41,912 nt of DNA from a virus (IMGVR_UViG_3300032212_000043:1-41912), one strand, 5' to 3'. Shown: positions 9,569 to 18,722, counted from the stretch's first letter. The notes: generated by a model not told the origin, from the letters alone. Program-made: numbers and translations.

Positions 9569-9991
9569 TTATGCCACTCCGGCGAAGGTGGGAACGATGG
9601 AGACCAGCATCTCGTTCTTGTTGACGTCGACAGACAGGATCTGGATGTCATCGGTGGCGCTGGCGTCAATGTTGACGGTGAGGCCATCAGCGCCACAGTC
9701 GGCGGTGTTCATGGCGTCGGTGACGGCGATAGTGCCAGCGTCGGGCTTGACCTTGTAGACGCTGGCAGGGCTGACGTCGACCTTGACGACCGCGCCACCA
9801 TCAGCGGACGGGCTGCTGACCTGAGAGACGGCAACACCGGTCACAGCCTCGCCTGACCCGTCAACTTCCTTGAAGTATCCGTCGGTCGCACCGGCTGCGG
9901 TGATCATGAGGCCGACCACGGTGTCGGCTGAGGTGGAGTCCAGCGGAAGTTCGATGATCTTCCGGGGACCGTACATGTACTCAAAGGCCAT
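9569..9991 (-). CDS. Capsid decoration/cement protein
   Basis: 140 aa, beta-rich, between scaffold and capsid genes. Strong AAGGAGG SD. Confidence 0.7.
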   Translation of the reverse strand: MAFEYMYGPRKIIELPLDSTSADTVVGLMITAAGATDGYFKEVDGSGEAVTGVAVSQVSSPSADGGAVVKVDVSPASVYKVKPDAGTIAVTDAMNTADCGADGLTVNIDASATDDIQILSVDVNKNEMLVSIVPTFAGVA

Positions 9992-10042
9992 TGTAGGGCC
10001 TCCTTGCTGGGGTTGTTGGTGCCCCGGCAGGCCCTGGAACGG

Positions 10043-10720
10043 TCAGCCCTTGAGCTTGCCCGCTTTCACCAGCCGGGGTTTCATGCGCATCTTCCAGTAT
10101 TGCTTCGCAGGCAGCCCGTAGCGGCTTGCCTCCCGCTCGCACTGCTCCTTGTGCTCGACAGGGATGTGCACGGTGGCCTTCTTCGGTGGCTTGCCGAGGA
10201 TGCCGCCCGCCGGACGGTCCTCTGCTGCCACCATGCGCGCCTCGATCTTGTCGAGCTGCTTTGACAGCGCAGACGGGCTCAGACCCTCGGGAATCAGATC
10301 CCTCCAGTCGTCGTCCAGCGCGTCGAGTCGCTCCGTGTTCTTGGCCGTCAGGGCCTCGACACGGGCTTTCTTCTCGCCCTTGAGCGCCTTCAGTTCCTTC
10401 AACTCCGCTTCCCGCTCGGCCTTGAGCTTTTCGTACAGCTCCCTGTACTGGCCGGCTTCCGCTTTCGACGCTTCGTCGGCAGCTTGCTGAGCTGCTCGGA
10501 TCTCCGCCAGCTGCGCTTCCAGCGCCTGCCGCTTCTCCCGCTCGGCTTTCACAGTCGCCTGAAGCCCCTGAGACGCCTTGCCGGTCGGGGGGTCTGCTGG
10601 TGGCGGGTCGTCCGTCGGATCGTCTTCCAGTTCGTGGTCCTCCTCGAAACACAAGCCACCCGTCTGGGCGGTCGATGGTGTCTGAGTCGGGAGAACGAAG
10701 GTACACGGACGAATGCTCAC
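10043..10720 (-). CDS. Capsid scaffolding protein
   Basis: Acidic/Pro-rich N-terminus, long coiled coil and position upstream of the capsid genes. Confidence 0.8.
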   Translation of the reverse strand: MSIRPCTFVLPTQTPSTAQTGGLCFEEDHELEDDPTDDPPPADPPTGKASQGLQATVKAEREKRQALEAQLAEIRAAQQAADEASKAEAGQYRELYEKLKAEREAELKELKALKGEKKARVEALTAKNTERLDALDDDWRDLIPEGLSPSALSKQLDKIEARMVAAEDRPAGGILGKPPKKATVHIPVEHKEQCEREASRYGLPAKQYWKMRMKPRLVKAGKLKG

Positions 10721-10821
10721 TGATAGACCCCTTGTCGCCCGATAAAGCCCGGCGTCGGCGTGGGTGTGGATATGGTTCTGGAATATCGCTATTCTTCTGG
10801 TAATTCTACAAGTAATCCAAG

Positions 10822-11190
10822 GTGCTACAAGTGTCGATTGAACTCATCCAGGTAAACCTCGCATGGTGCATCGTTGATAAGTCCGTTCCCGGCTGGCGAA
10901 CCATCGAGACACATGGCGAGGAGGATCGTGCGATTCGTCGCCTCGCTGCACTGAAGATGGGTCCAAAAAGTGCAACCGGTCGTGCACAGGTGGTCCCTGC
11001 CGGGGGTGAGGAAGCGCCCGAGGACCCGCTGATGATCTTCCTGGATGGGTCCGTGCGGGATGTCAGGGCGCGCATCGTGGCATGTGAGGACGCGCCTACC
11101 CTGAAGCGCCTGTCAGTCGTCGAGGATGAGCAGGCGGGGCGAAAGACGGTCCTCAAGGCGCTTAAGGCTCGGATTTCCGCCCTTTCCTGA
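10822..11190 (+). CDS. Hypothetical protein with C-terminal small helical (HeH/Rho-N-like) domain, inverted relative to the late operon
   Basis: The C-terminus SVRDVRARI..LKRL...E...GRKTVLKALKARI resembles a helical domain common in phage head regions. AT-rich region upstream. Confidence 0.65.
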   Translation: MLQVSIELIQVNLAWCIVDKSVPGWRTIETHGEEDRAIRRLAALKMGPKSATGRAQVVPAGGEEAPEDPLMIFLDGSVRDVRARIVACEDAPTLKRLSVVEDEQAGRKTVLKALKARISALS

Positions 11191-11481
11191 GTCCGCGAAA
11201 GGCACAGCCAGAAGTGCATTGTACTGTGCGTGAGCGGCACTGATGCATCTCCATGCGCTTGTGACGAAATCAATGGGATTCCCGGAGGCGAGCGCCTCAT
11301 CGGCTTTGGCTGCACCTGCTGCGATCATGGCCGATATTCGCAGACTTCCCGTCTCGGACATCCACTGCCTGAACTCAAGTGGCCCCAGCAGCGACCGAGC
11401 CAACTCAACCCCTTGGGTCCAGACTACCTGGTCTGGGTCGGTCAGGAGGGCGTGCAGGCTGGTTCGCTGGTCGTCGGTCAT
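11113..11481 (-). CDS. Hypothetical protein
   Basis: GAAGGT SD plus ATG right after the portal stop. Its 3' end overlaps the + strand gene. Confidence 0.55.
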   Translation of the reverse strand: MTDDQRTSLHALLTDPDQVVWTQGVELARSLLGPLEFRQWMSETGSLRISAMIAAGAAKADEALASGNPIDFVTSAWRCISAAHAQYNALLAVPFADSGKGGNPSLKRLEDRLSPRLLILDD

Positions 11482-11498
11482 ACCTTCAGTCTAACCGG

Positions 11499-13001
11499 CT
11501 ACTCCTCTTCGGTCGGCTCGTCGTCGGGGTCTTCCCTCATGTCAGGGGCACGCGCTGCGGCCTCCGCACCCAGCCGGGTCACGTACTCTTCCGGGGTCGC
11601 GTCCTGGTCTGCCAGGTCAAGCCCCTGCACGCGCTCCACAGCATCGGCCATGGTGATCAGCCCAGCGCTGCGGGCGTCGGTGATCACCTTGAGCAGTGCC
11701 GCCACGTCAGAGGGCAGCAGCGGGGGGCCGGAGAGCTTGACCGGGTGGCGCAAGGGGTCATAGGGGCGGTTCTGTGCGAGCGCCACACCCATGGCCAGGG
11801 CCTTCTCAATCGCGCTGTAGATGCGCGACCGGATGCCTTCGTACTTCACCTCATAGCGGGTGGCGAGCAGCCGCAGGGCCTCAGCGGAGAGGTTCGCCGT
11901 GGAGCCGCTGAACAGGAACTCAGGGAAGGTCGAGCGCACATCGTCAATCAGGCGCTCCATCTGGGCGCGCAGCTCTGAGACGCCAGACAGCGACGGCTCC
12001 AGGTACTTGGCATCGGTGCTGGCCATGGCGTCCTTGCTGCCGCCGAACAGGTTGAGGATCTTGCCGATGTTGAGCAGGTCCGCACCTTCCCCGACCTTGA
12101 CGCCCTTGATGAGCAGCTTCGGGTTTCCGTAGCGGTCACCCACGGCGCTGATCTGGCTGGCCAGGGAGTTGACCTCGCCCTCGGGCCGGTCAAGACCGTG
12201 CGTCACGGGCAGGCTGTGCTCGGGCTCCATGGGGGAGGGCGTGAACCGACCGTGAGCAATCGGCGTAATGCCGAGCCCATGCTCTCCGGCGCCCCCTTCT
12301 CCCGCCTCGTCCTCAAGCGCTTCCTGTGCATTGTTCTGCGCGTTGTAGCGGGTCCGCTCGATGGTGATGGCCCCGGGCGTCAGGATGCGCTGGTACGTGT
12401 CCACAGCCCCCGACTCTGTGGCGCGCCCCTGCATGTCGACGCTGACCTCACCGATGATCTGGTGGGTGATGACCGCTCGGGAGATCCGACGCCCGAGGAT
12501 GGGGTCATACTCCAGCAGCACCGTGCGGGCGTCGTGGCTCACCAACTCCACGGCGTACGGACGGGATCGGGTCATGCGCACCGGCTCAATGAACAGGTCG
12601 CCGTACAGCGCTGCATCTTTGCTCCAGAGCGTGCCCTGCGTTGCCATCTCTGACCGCTGCCAGATGGCCTCCGCCTCTTTCACGTCCGCATCCGGTGCGC
12701 CCTCCACCGGGGTCAGCACGACGGCGTCAATCGCCAGTGCTGCCGCTGCCACCTCAACCAGAAACACACGGTCCCGGTACAGGCGCCGGGTCTGCGCGAT
12801 GACCTTTCCGTCATCATCCAGCGCCCGGAAGAGCTGGAGATCCTTGATCATCTGCGCGCTGTAGTTCTCGCCATGGTACGCATCGAGCAGGTACTGGTAC
12901 CGCTCCTGCCATGCGTCCGGCGTGCCCGGCCAGCCAAACGGGTCGTCCGTGGTCAGCAGGCTGCGGTGGTCCCGGTCGAGGTATGTGACATTGCCAGCCA
13001 T
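11499..13001 (-). CDS. Portal protein
   Basis: About 500 aa. DAALYGDLFI and NLSAEALRLL motifs (SPP1 gp6-like). ATG at 13001 with AGGGAG SD. Confidence 0.9.
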   Translation of the reverse strand: MAGNVTYLDRDHRSLLTTDDPFGWPGTPDAWQERYQYLLDAYHGENYSAQMIKDLQLFRALDDDGKVIAQTRRLYRDRVFLVEVAAAALAIDAVVLTPVEGAPDADVKEAEAIWQRSEMATQGTLWSKDAALYGDLFIEPVRMTRSRPYAVELVSHDARTVLLEYDPILGRRISRAVITHQIIGEVSVDMQGRATESGAVDTYQRILTPGAITIERTRYNAQNNAQEALEDEAGEGGAGEHGLGITPIAHGRFTPSPMEPEHSLPVTHGLDRPEGEVNSLASQISAVGDRYGNPKLLIKGVKVGEGADLLNIGKILNLFGGSKDAMASTDAKYLEPSLSGVSELRAQMERLIDDVRSTFPEFLFSGSTANLSAEALRLLATRYEVKYEGIRSRIYSAIEKALAMGVALAQNRPYDPLRHPVKLSGPPLLPSDVAALLKVITDARSAGLITMADAVERVQGLDLADQDATPEEYVTRLGAEAAARAPDMREDPDDEPTEEE

Positions 13002-13148
13002 GCGCGGCTCCCTTGGATTGTTTGCAGTATTCCGCACATCCTAACCGCTACGGGGCCGTTTCTCTCAGTATGGGCGGCTGTGGACGATTCGCCATGTCCA
13101 GCGGAGCATCAGCACAGCAGCCGGAATGGCGAGGTGCTCAACACCCAA

Positions 13149-13463
13149 TCACTCCTCCTCCCGCAGAATGCGATTCGCCCACGCCCTGCCAGCATTCCCG
13201 CCCCACAAGCCCCATGCCTGCGCGGCTTTGCTGGTTCTGTCGCGGCGTGCTTTGGCTGCGCATGGTGTCTTGCTGTGCCGGGCGAAGAACGACACCATGC
13301 GCTTGATCGTGTCAAGACTGACCGGGTCACGGTTCGCGAGCTGGTTTGCACGGGCCACACCCACAGCCGTTCCCGCTCGATTGCTCGGGGTCTGCTGGGC
13401 TCGGATTTCAAGGGCACGGCGTGCAACGCGGGCCACTTCGGCGGGTGGTCGGTAGGAGGGCAT
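13149..13463 (-). CDS. Conserved phage head-region protein of unknown function
   Basis: Motifs GTAVGVARANQLA, TIKRMVSFFARH and AWGLWGGNAGRAW. ATG at 13463 is coupled to the upstream TGA. Confidence 0.75.
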   Translation of the reverse strand: MPSYRPPAEVARVARRALEIRAQQTPSNRAGTAVGVARANQLANRDPVSLDTIKRMVSFFARHSKTPCAAKARRDRTSKAAQAWGLWGGNAGRAWANRILREEE

Positions 13464-13651
13464 CAGCCCAACCCCTTGAGCGTCATCAGCAGCCCAAACG
13501 CCAGCAGACCCAGCGGGAGCGCCAGCATGAACGGCATGAGCGGGGCTGGGAAGTGGTCCTCGATGCGAAACGGCTGAGGCTCCGGGCGCTGGCTCGCCAG
13601 CCGGTGCGCCTCCCATGACTCGGAAAGGTGCGTGCGTTCTTCGGTGCTCAT
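13463..13651 (-). CDS. Small membrane protein
   Basis: 62 aa with a C-terminal hydrophobic helix. Coupled at both ends. Confidence 0.6.
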   Translation of the reverse strand: MSTEERTHLSESWEAHRLASQRPEPQPFRIEDHFPAPLMPFMLALPLGLLAFGLLMTLKGLG

Positions 13652-13941
13652 CAGGCGGACTCATCGGACACGATAGCGTCAACCTCTGCCCTCATCCGAA
13701 GCAAGGCACGCTCGACAATCTTTCTGACCTCCGCCATCTCATCTTTGCTCAACTGGACCCATGAACCTGAAGGGTAGTTGGCCTTCTCAGCTACCCCGCT
13801 CCTAAGATCCAAGACGTACGCCCCATCTTCGTCTTCAGCCCACCGGCTTGAGAAATAAGCAATGCGCCCCATCCGGACATGCGCTTGCTTCAGCCGTGAA
13901 AGCCTCGCCTCAGTAGCATGGATCGCTTTTTCGATACTCAT
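13651..13941 (-). CDS. Hypothetical protein (lower-GC insert)
   Basis: 96 aa with AAGGG SD. Upstream spacer is AT-richer. Confidence 0.65.
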   Translation of the reverse strand: MSIEKAIHATEARLSRLKQAHVRMGRIAYFSSRWAEDEDGAYVLDLRSGVAEKANYPSGSWVQLSKDEMAEVRKIVERALLRMRAEVDAIVSDESA

Positions 13942-14058
13942 CGAAGTGTTTTCCCTTGATTTTGGCTATTCATCTGCTCATTGTCCGCGTTCAACCGTTC
14001 CGCGCCCTCTCTGCTCCCGTTCTGGGAGCACTTGCGGGGTGTTTCCCCGGGAAAACGG

Positions 14059-15732
14059 CTACCCATTGAACTTCGCATCTCCATCAAACTTAGCCGATCC
14101 GCCGCCTTCCAGCAGCCAGATTGCACGCTCCCAGGAGTCGGGGCCGTCGTCGTGTGTGCCGGTCGGGATCTCCCGCGCCTGCTCGATGGCAACCGGGTCC
14201 ATGTCTTCCGCCACCTCGATGTGCCCGAGGTCGAACATGGGCGCCAGGCGAGACATGCGGACGTTTTTGTTCTCGGTGCTCGTATGCCCCATGAGCGGCA
14301 TGTTCCAGACCTTGCCGGCGTCCCTGCGGGCTCTGCGCTGGTCGTCGAAGATGGTGCCAATGAGCCGGGCAAACCCGTTGTCCTCGTAGCCGTACATGCC
14401 CCGGGGGCCGATGATGCTGAAGATGCTCCAGAGCACGCTGAGTTGACCGAGCGTGTCAACGCGCTGCATGCTTGTGCGCAGCAGGTAGATATACCCAAAC
14501 TGGTCTTGTGCTGCGAGGGTGCAAGAGGCGTAGTCATTGCGCTCTGTCTCTTCGCTGGAGCGCGGGTCAAGCCACACGGCGACCTTGCATGAGTTGAGGC
14601 GGACCTTGCGCCCCTTGCTGGTCGTAATGACCTCCCCGTCAAAGGTGCACCGTGCCCACTTCTCAGGCCAGAACACCTGTCGGGCGGGGTCGGTCGCGAC
14701 GTTCTGCTTCTCGCTATAGAACGATGCTTCCCCGTCTGTCCACAGCATCACCATCAGGTCGTACAGCGGCTCTTTCTCTGGCCACAGGACTTGCGCCCCC
14801 CGGCCCATCTCCGCTTTGTGGCGCTCGTAGTAGCCTCGGGCCGTCTCCTCCCGATCCGGGTCGGTGAGGTCTGCCCACAGCCGCTTGCAGCGCTCCCACA
14901 GGTCCATACGCTCGGGCCATGACTCTACAGCCTGCCAGCGCTGCCCTTTCCAGCCGGGGGCGCCTTTCCCGGTCACACCCAGCAGGGTCGGCAGCATCGC
15001 GGAGGGATGCAGGACAGTCCCCACAACCTCGAACTTGGTGAACCGATCGCCGGCCTTGAGCACATCCTTGGTCAGGTAGCTCCAAAGCTTCTGCCGCTGT
15101 GTCGGGCTGCGGACCTTGTCGGGGTGCTCTCCGTCGTCCACGACAAGTTTTGTCAATCGAATCCCATCGAACTTCGTACCTCGGATGGAGCCGCCGAAGC
15201 TGAAAGCCTTGAAGCGCATATAGTAGGGGCCGGCGTACGCCTCAAAGTCGGTTTTGCCGCCCACTGCCCGCAGCGGTCCATAGACGCGGTGTAAGTCTGC
15301 GTACTTCTCACGGCTGGTGAAGACGCTGTAGACGTCCGCCACCAAATCCTGTGAGAGGTCAAACGTGGTGGAGATGATCCCGGTGTACCGCTCCAACCCA
15401 TACACCGCATCGTGCACCAGGGAGCAGAAGCTAATCAGGGTGCTCTTGGCGTTGCTGCGGGGAGCTGCGTTGACGGTCCGGCTTTCCTTTTCTCGGTTCG
15501 TCCATGCGGATTTTGCCTTCTCAAGCGTCGACCTGTGGAACTTCGAGAATGGCAGCGGGAGCCGGTTGGAGAAGAACACCGCGCTGAACAGCGCAAGGTC
15601 ATACCGGCATCGCACATACAGGCAGGAGTCCCATTCCTCATCCGGGAGCTGCTCCAGCAACTCGAAGAACCCGTCTGTGTCCAACTCCAGCAGCCAGGCC
15701 CACTCCACCGGGTCGATGTGTTCGGCGCTCAC
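14059..15732 (-). CDS. terL: Terminase large subunit
   Basis: Walker A APRSNAKST, Walker B LVVDD, nuclease motifs VWLDP and HDDGPDS. Confidence 0.95.
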   Translation of the reverse strand: MSAEHIDPVEWAWLLELDTDGFFELLEQLPDEEWDSCLYVRCRYDLALFSAVFFSNRLPLPFSKFHRSTLEKAKSAWTNREKESRTVNAAPRSNAKSTLISFCSLVHDAVYGLERYTGIISTTFDLSQDLVADVYSVFTSREKYADLHRVYGPLRAVGGKTDFEAYAGPYYMRFKAFSFGGSIRGTKFDGIRLTKLVVDDGEHPDKVRSPTQRQKLWSYLTKDVLKAGDRFTKFEVVGTVLHPSAMLPTLLGVTGKGAPGWKGQRWQAVESWPERMDLWERCKRLWADLTDPDREETARGYYERHKAEMGRGAQVLWPEKEPLYDLMVMLWTDGEASFYSEKQNVATDPARQVFWPEKWARCTFDGEVITTSKGRKVRLNSCKVAVWLDPRSSEETERNDYASCTLAAQDQFGYIYLLRTSMQRVDTLGQLSVLWSIFSIIGPRGMYGYEDNGFARLIGTIFDDQRRARRDAGKVWNMPLMGHTSTENKNVRMSRLAPMFDLGHIEVAEDMDPVAIEQAREIPTGTHDDGPDSWERAIWLLEGGGSAKFDGDAKFNG

Positions 15733-16250
15733 TTGATGATCCCCACTTTGCGTGCCGCTTCCTTCAAGCTCGCCAGCTTGCGGTCTGGTGTTGAAGCGGA
15801 CTGGTGCGCCATCAGCCCGTCGAGATCCTTGAGCACCTCAACCGTGAGCTTCATCGCCCGTGCGGCATGGTCCGGGCGGGTGCCCTCAAGCCTGACAAGC
15901 TTGCCGTCACTGAAGGGCACCTCCACCAGCTCTCTGCTGTAGTGCTGTGGGTCTGTGATGTACGTGACCACGTTCTGAACCCTCGACACCTGACTCTCAA
16001 GCCAGTCTTTTGCCCCATCCTTCCTGACCTCTGACCGTGCGCGTGTGTTTGCGCGGCGTAGTGCGTCATCCTGTGACACATCCCGCTCCTTCCACCAGCG
16101 CCTAAGCGTCCGGTCTCCGAGCTTCTGCTGTCGTCCGACCACCCTGAACTGAGGTTTCCAGACACCTCCATCCCCTTCCACCGCGGAGGCCATCAGGGCA
16201 GCAAGCGCCGTGTCTCTTTGCTCCTGCGTGTACTTCACCCGTCCTGCCAT
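15729..16250 (-). CDS. terS: Terminase small subunit
   Basis: N-terminal HTH (KYTQEQR...RTLRRWWK). Overlaps the terL start. Confidence 0.8.
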   Translation of the reverse strand: MAGRVKYTQEQRDTALAALMASAVEGDGGVWKPQFRVVGRQQKLGDRTLRRWWKERDVSQDDALRRANTRARSEVRKDGAKDWLESQVSRVQNVVTYITDPQHYSRELVEVPFSDGKLVRLEGTRPDHAARAMKLTVEVLKDLDGLMAHQSASTPDRKLASLKEAARKVGIIK

Positions 16251-16253
16251 CCT

Positions 16254-16544
16254 CTAATCCTCCGTCCGTTCAGTTCTCATGCGTGCGGCCAGTGCCCTGA
16301 TCTCTTCTACCGTAGCGCTCGGCTCCAACCTTCTGCCCCGTCGCTTCCCCCTTGACCGTGGCAGGGCGGCAACATGCTGGACGTCTACGGTGCGAACCAG
16401 CGGCGGGCGACTGGTGAGGTGCCAACGATTGCAGTGGGTGCACCGATAGGGCCAGAGCTTGCCGTACCGGTTCATCAGGCGCCGTGCGTAGCGCTTGGCT
16501 GTGCCCTTGCCGGGGTAGGTGCTTTTGTGGTCGCAGGGGTTCAC
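16254..16544 (-). CDS. Small Zn-binding phage protein
   Basis: C-x2-K-x2-Y ... YRCTHCNRWHLTS motif. Confidence 0.7.
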   Translation of the reverse strand: MNPCDHKSTYPGKGTAKRYARRLMNRYGKLWPYRCTHCNRWHLTSRPPLVRTVDVQHVAALPRSRGKRRGRRLEPSATVEEIRALAARMRTERTED

Positions 16545-16660
16545 GGCTGATGCTTGGTGTCGTGTGGTGTGTAGGGGTCGCAGTGTGTCAACTGTGTGCC
16601 GAGGGCCAGACCCAGCAGCAGGGTAGCGACCAGCTCAGACCTGCTGTAGCGGCGCCTCAC
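16541..16660 (-). CDS. 39-aa hydrophobic peptide (possible lipoprotein)
   Basis: GTGA overlaps at both ends. Reads MRRRYSRSELVATLLLGLALGTQLTHCDPY...; not in the ORF track. Confidence 0.45.
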   Translation of the reverse strand: MRRRYSRSELVATLLLGLALGTQLTHCDPYTPHDTKHQP

Positions 16661-16896
16661 GGTTCAAGCCCCCACTGGTATGACTCTCGAAGCGAGTACA
16701 TCCAGCAGAGCAGGAAGACCGGGCCGACGCCGAAGCTTGGGAGTGGGCCGTCGTAGTAGTCCTCGTCATAGCCCCACACCCAGCAGTCACGCTGGACCAC
16801 GAAATGAAGCGAGAATCCCCGCCACGACACCGCGAGCGCTCCGGCGTTCCTTGCCCACCCAGCGTTAACGGTCAGAGCGGTCTTTTTGCGCCTCAT
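16657..16896 (-). CDS. Hypothetical protein (aromatic-rich)
   Basis: Coupled 4-nt overlaps with neighbours. Confidence 0.6.
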   Translation of the reverse strand: MRRKKTALTVNAGWARNAGALAVSWRGFSLHFVVQRDCWVWGYDEDYYDGPLPSFGVGPVFLLCWMYSLRESYQWGLEP

Positions 16897-17162
16897 TGCT
16901 CACCGTCCCACCGGTATCGCCACCGTGGTAGCCCGCCCCTCTCTGGGCTCCCGGGCTCCTCGGTGCAGGTCAGGTGCGGCAGGTCGTGCATGTCGCCAAG
17001 ATGGACGTACACCCACGCTCCCCCGCCGACCTGCGGGCGCTCCCGGTCAAGCCAGCGGCGGATCTCCAACGTCGTCGTGTTGCCGGCCTTGAGTGCGTCG
17101 ATGAGGTGTGCGCGGCGGCTCGCCTCTCGGGCCATCCACCATGCCAGAATGCGTCTGATCAT
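16893..17162 (-). CDS. PadR-like winged-helix protein
   Basis: VYVHLGDM...ERGGLPRWRYRW wing motif. Confidence 0.55.
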   Translation of the reverse strand: MIRRILAWWMAREASRRAHLIDALKAGNTTTLEIRRWLDRERPQVGGGAWVYVHLGDMHDLPHLTCTEEPGSPERGGLPRWRYRWDGEQ

Positions 17163-17367
17163 CGGTCAGCCTCCAGGCACGCTTCAGCGCCCTTCCCATC
17201 CTCGTCACCGTCCGCACCCCGTAGTGACCCGTCGCAGCCACCCAGACCAGTCCAGCCAGCCACAAGGGCACAATGGCCGTCGCAGCGCCCGCCAGAACCA
17301 ACGGAGCTGCGATCATTAGGAAGGGATCGTCTCGGTCGGGGACGGTCCACCAGCGGAGTAGAAACAC
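17047..17367 (-). CDS. Hypothetical membrane protein (frame ambiguous; alternative is 17159..17371)
   Basis: This frame has a TM-like segment, but the alternative frame has cleaner start/stop coupling. Confidence 0.35.
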   Translation of the reverse strand: MFLLRWWTVPDRDDPFLMIAAPLVLAGAATAIVPLWLAGLVWVAATGHYGVRTVTRMGRALKRAWRLTDDQTHSGMVDGPRGEPPRTPHRRTQGRQHDDVGDPPLA

Positions 17368-17370
17368 GCA

Positions 17371-17880
17371 TCAAGATACCCCGGCGCGGTTGAGGATGGG
17401 CGCAAGCTCTGGCGGGGTGTAGGACAGGAACACCCCGTCGTGCATGTCCTTGACGGTGATGCTCAGAAACTCCCTGACCAGCCATGGCTCTCCGCCCATG
17501 TGATTCGTGGTCGGCACACCATCCACCGCGCGCACCTCGCCATGCCACCAACACCATGACGACCTGACCCACTGAACTTCAAACCGGCGCCCGGTCGCTG
17601 CATGGATGTAGTAGGTGCCGTCCTTGATGTGCTTTGCGGTGTCGTCTCGCCATGGTGAAATGCTGCTGTCAGAAAGCCGCTGTGCGGGCTGCGGTGCTGG
17701 GTGGAGCCTCCTCGACCGGTACGCCCATAGCAGCCTCGTTGAGAGGTGGTACAGGGGCGATAATGGGCCGCTCAGCACATACAGCCAGACGACCCAGTCC
17801 CACGCAAGTGGGTGGCTCACCGGCCAGTGAAATCTCAGCAGGATTGCGATGCTTGCCAGCCAGATCGGTACGGTGATCAT
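17371..17880 (-). CDS. Hypothetical protein with N-terminal TM segments
   Basis: ATGA overlap with the upstream gene. Hydrophobic N-terminus. Confidence 0.6.
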   Translation of the reverse strand: MITVPIWLASIAILLRFHWPVSHPLAWDWVVWLYVLSGPLSPLYHLSTRLLWAYRSRRLHPAPQPAQRLSDSSISPWRDDTAKHIKDGTYYIHAATGRRFEVQWVRSSWCWWHGEVRAVDGVPTTNHMGGEPWLVREFLSITVKDMHDGVFLSYTPPELAPILNRAGVS

Positions 17881-18308
17881 CGGTCACCCCCTCCAAGGAC
17901 AGCCAGCAGCAGGCGGAGTGCCGCTTCGTGCGGGTCGCCTCCGCCTGCCTCAACGTTTGTCGTCTCACGCATCCTGCCGACAGCATCGGGGGCGCTGTGG
18001 TTTCCGGAGAGCGACGCCTCGTAGCCATCCTCCCCATCCCAATACATCCCCCGGCGCTGGTCACGCCCACCGTGCGTCTCCATGGCGATTTTGTGGATGT
18101 CGTCCGCCGAGCAGGGGAGCCAGTAGAACGGCACCGGCTCGCAGTCCGGCACCTCCCATTCCTGCGGCCCCATCCGAAGCACAAGCCACAGCCGGGTGGT
18201 GTCCTTGCAGTCCTGGACAACCCACCCCGGCCCACACTCGCGAAGCTTTGCATGGACCTCAGCGGGCAGTTGCTCCAGCAGGTCAAGGTGTGTCTGGTTG
18301 GGGATCAT
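17877..18308 (-). CDS. Hypothetical protein
   Basis: GGAGG SD and coupled. C-terminal PHEAALRLLLAVL helix. Confidence 0.7.
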   Translation of the reverse strand: MIPNQTHLDLLEQLPAEVHAKLRECGPGWVVQDCKDTTRLWLVLRMGPQEWEVPDCEPVPFYWLPCSADDIHKIAMETHGGRDQRRGMYWDGEDGYEASLSGNHSAPDAVGRMRETTNVEAGGGDPHEAALRLLLAVLGGGDR

Positions 18309-18495
18309 CGGTCCTCCTCGATTCGGTCAATCAGAATCGCTGCAAACTGGTGCGTCATCGGGTTGCGCTCGCTGCACGCCAAGGCGCTGATTGCCTCGAT
18401 GGCATAGCGGGCGGTCCCGAGCACTGCGGGGTCGGCTCTGGTGGCTGCGGGGTCGGCTCTGGAAGCGCTGTGGGGTCGGAGATGATGGTGATCAC
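18305..18495 (-). pseudogene. Small ORF frameshifted by a tandem repeat expansion
   Basis: The coupled start (GTG 18495) and coupled stop (18305) are in different frames. Three CCGACCCCRCAG copies lie between them. Confidence 0.5.
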
Positions 18496-18722
18496 TTCCG
18501 GCCTCCGCTCACGACACCGGGATGACCGTGCCACGTCGCTGCAATCTCAACCTGACACTCATCACCAACAACCCGGCTCGGCTTGCCCTGCGCGACCTGC
18601 TCACAGATGAATTCTGCGCCCTGTTGCCATTCACCGGACCGGGCACGGTTGAGCGCGTCGAAGTGCAGCCAGAGGGCGCTGGCGAGCAGTGCAGCGGAAA
18701 GAGTGAGCATGAGGCGGATCAT
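18492..18722 (-). CDS. Small secreted or membrane-anchored protein
   Basis: N-terminal hydrophobic helix. Coupled. Confidence 0.6.
   Translation of the reverse strand: MIRLMLTLSAALLASALWLHFDALNRARSGEWQQGAEFICEQVAQGKPSRVVGDECQVEIAATWHGHPGVVSGGRK

Noticed and set aside
8549-9856. Long + strand ORF (435 aa), and similar ones such as 37124..38833 and 4996..5748
   Set aside because: They are antisense shadows of well-supported minus-strand genes in high-GC DNA, with no motifs or SD.
9981-10706. Alternative-frame 241-aa ORF over the scaffold gene
   Set aside because: Its Arg/Gly/Ser-rich composition is typical of off-frame GC-rich sequence and it has no conserved motifs, unlike the MTase dual frame.
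13938-14642. 234-aa ORF overlapping the terL 3' end
   Set aside because: It is an off-frame shadow with no SD or motif support.
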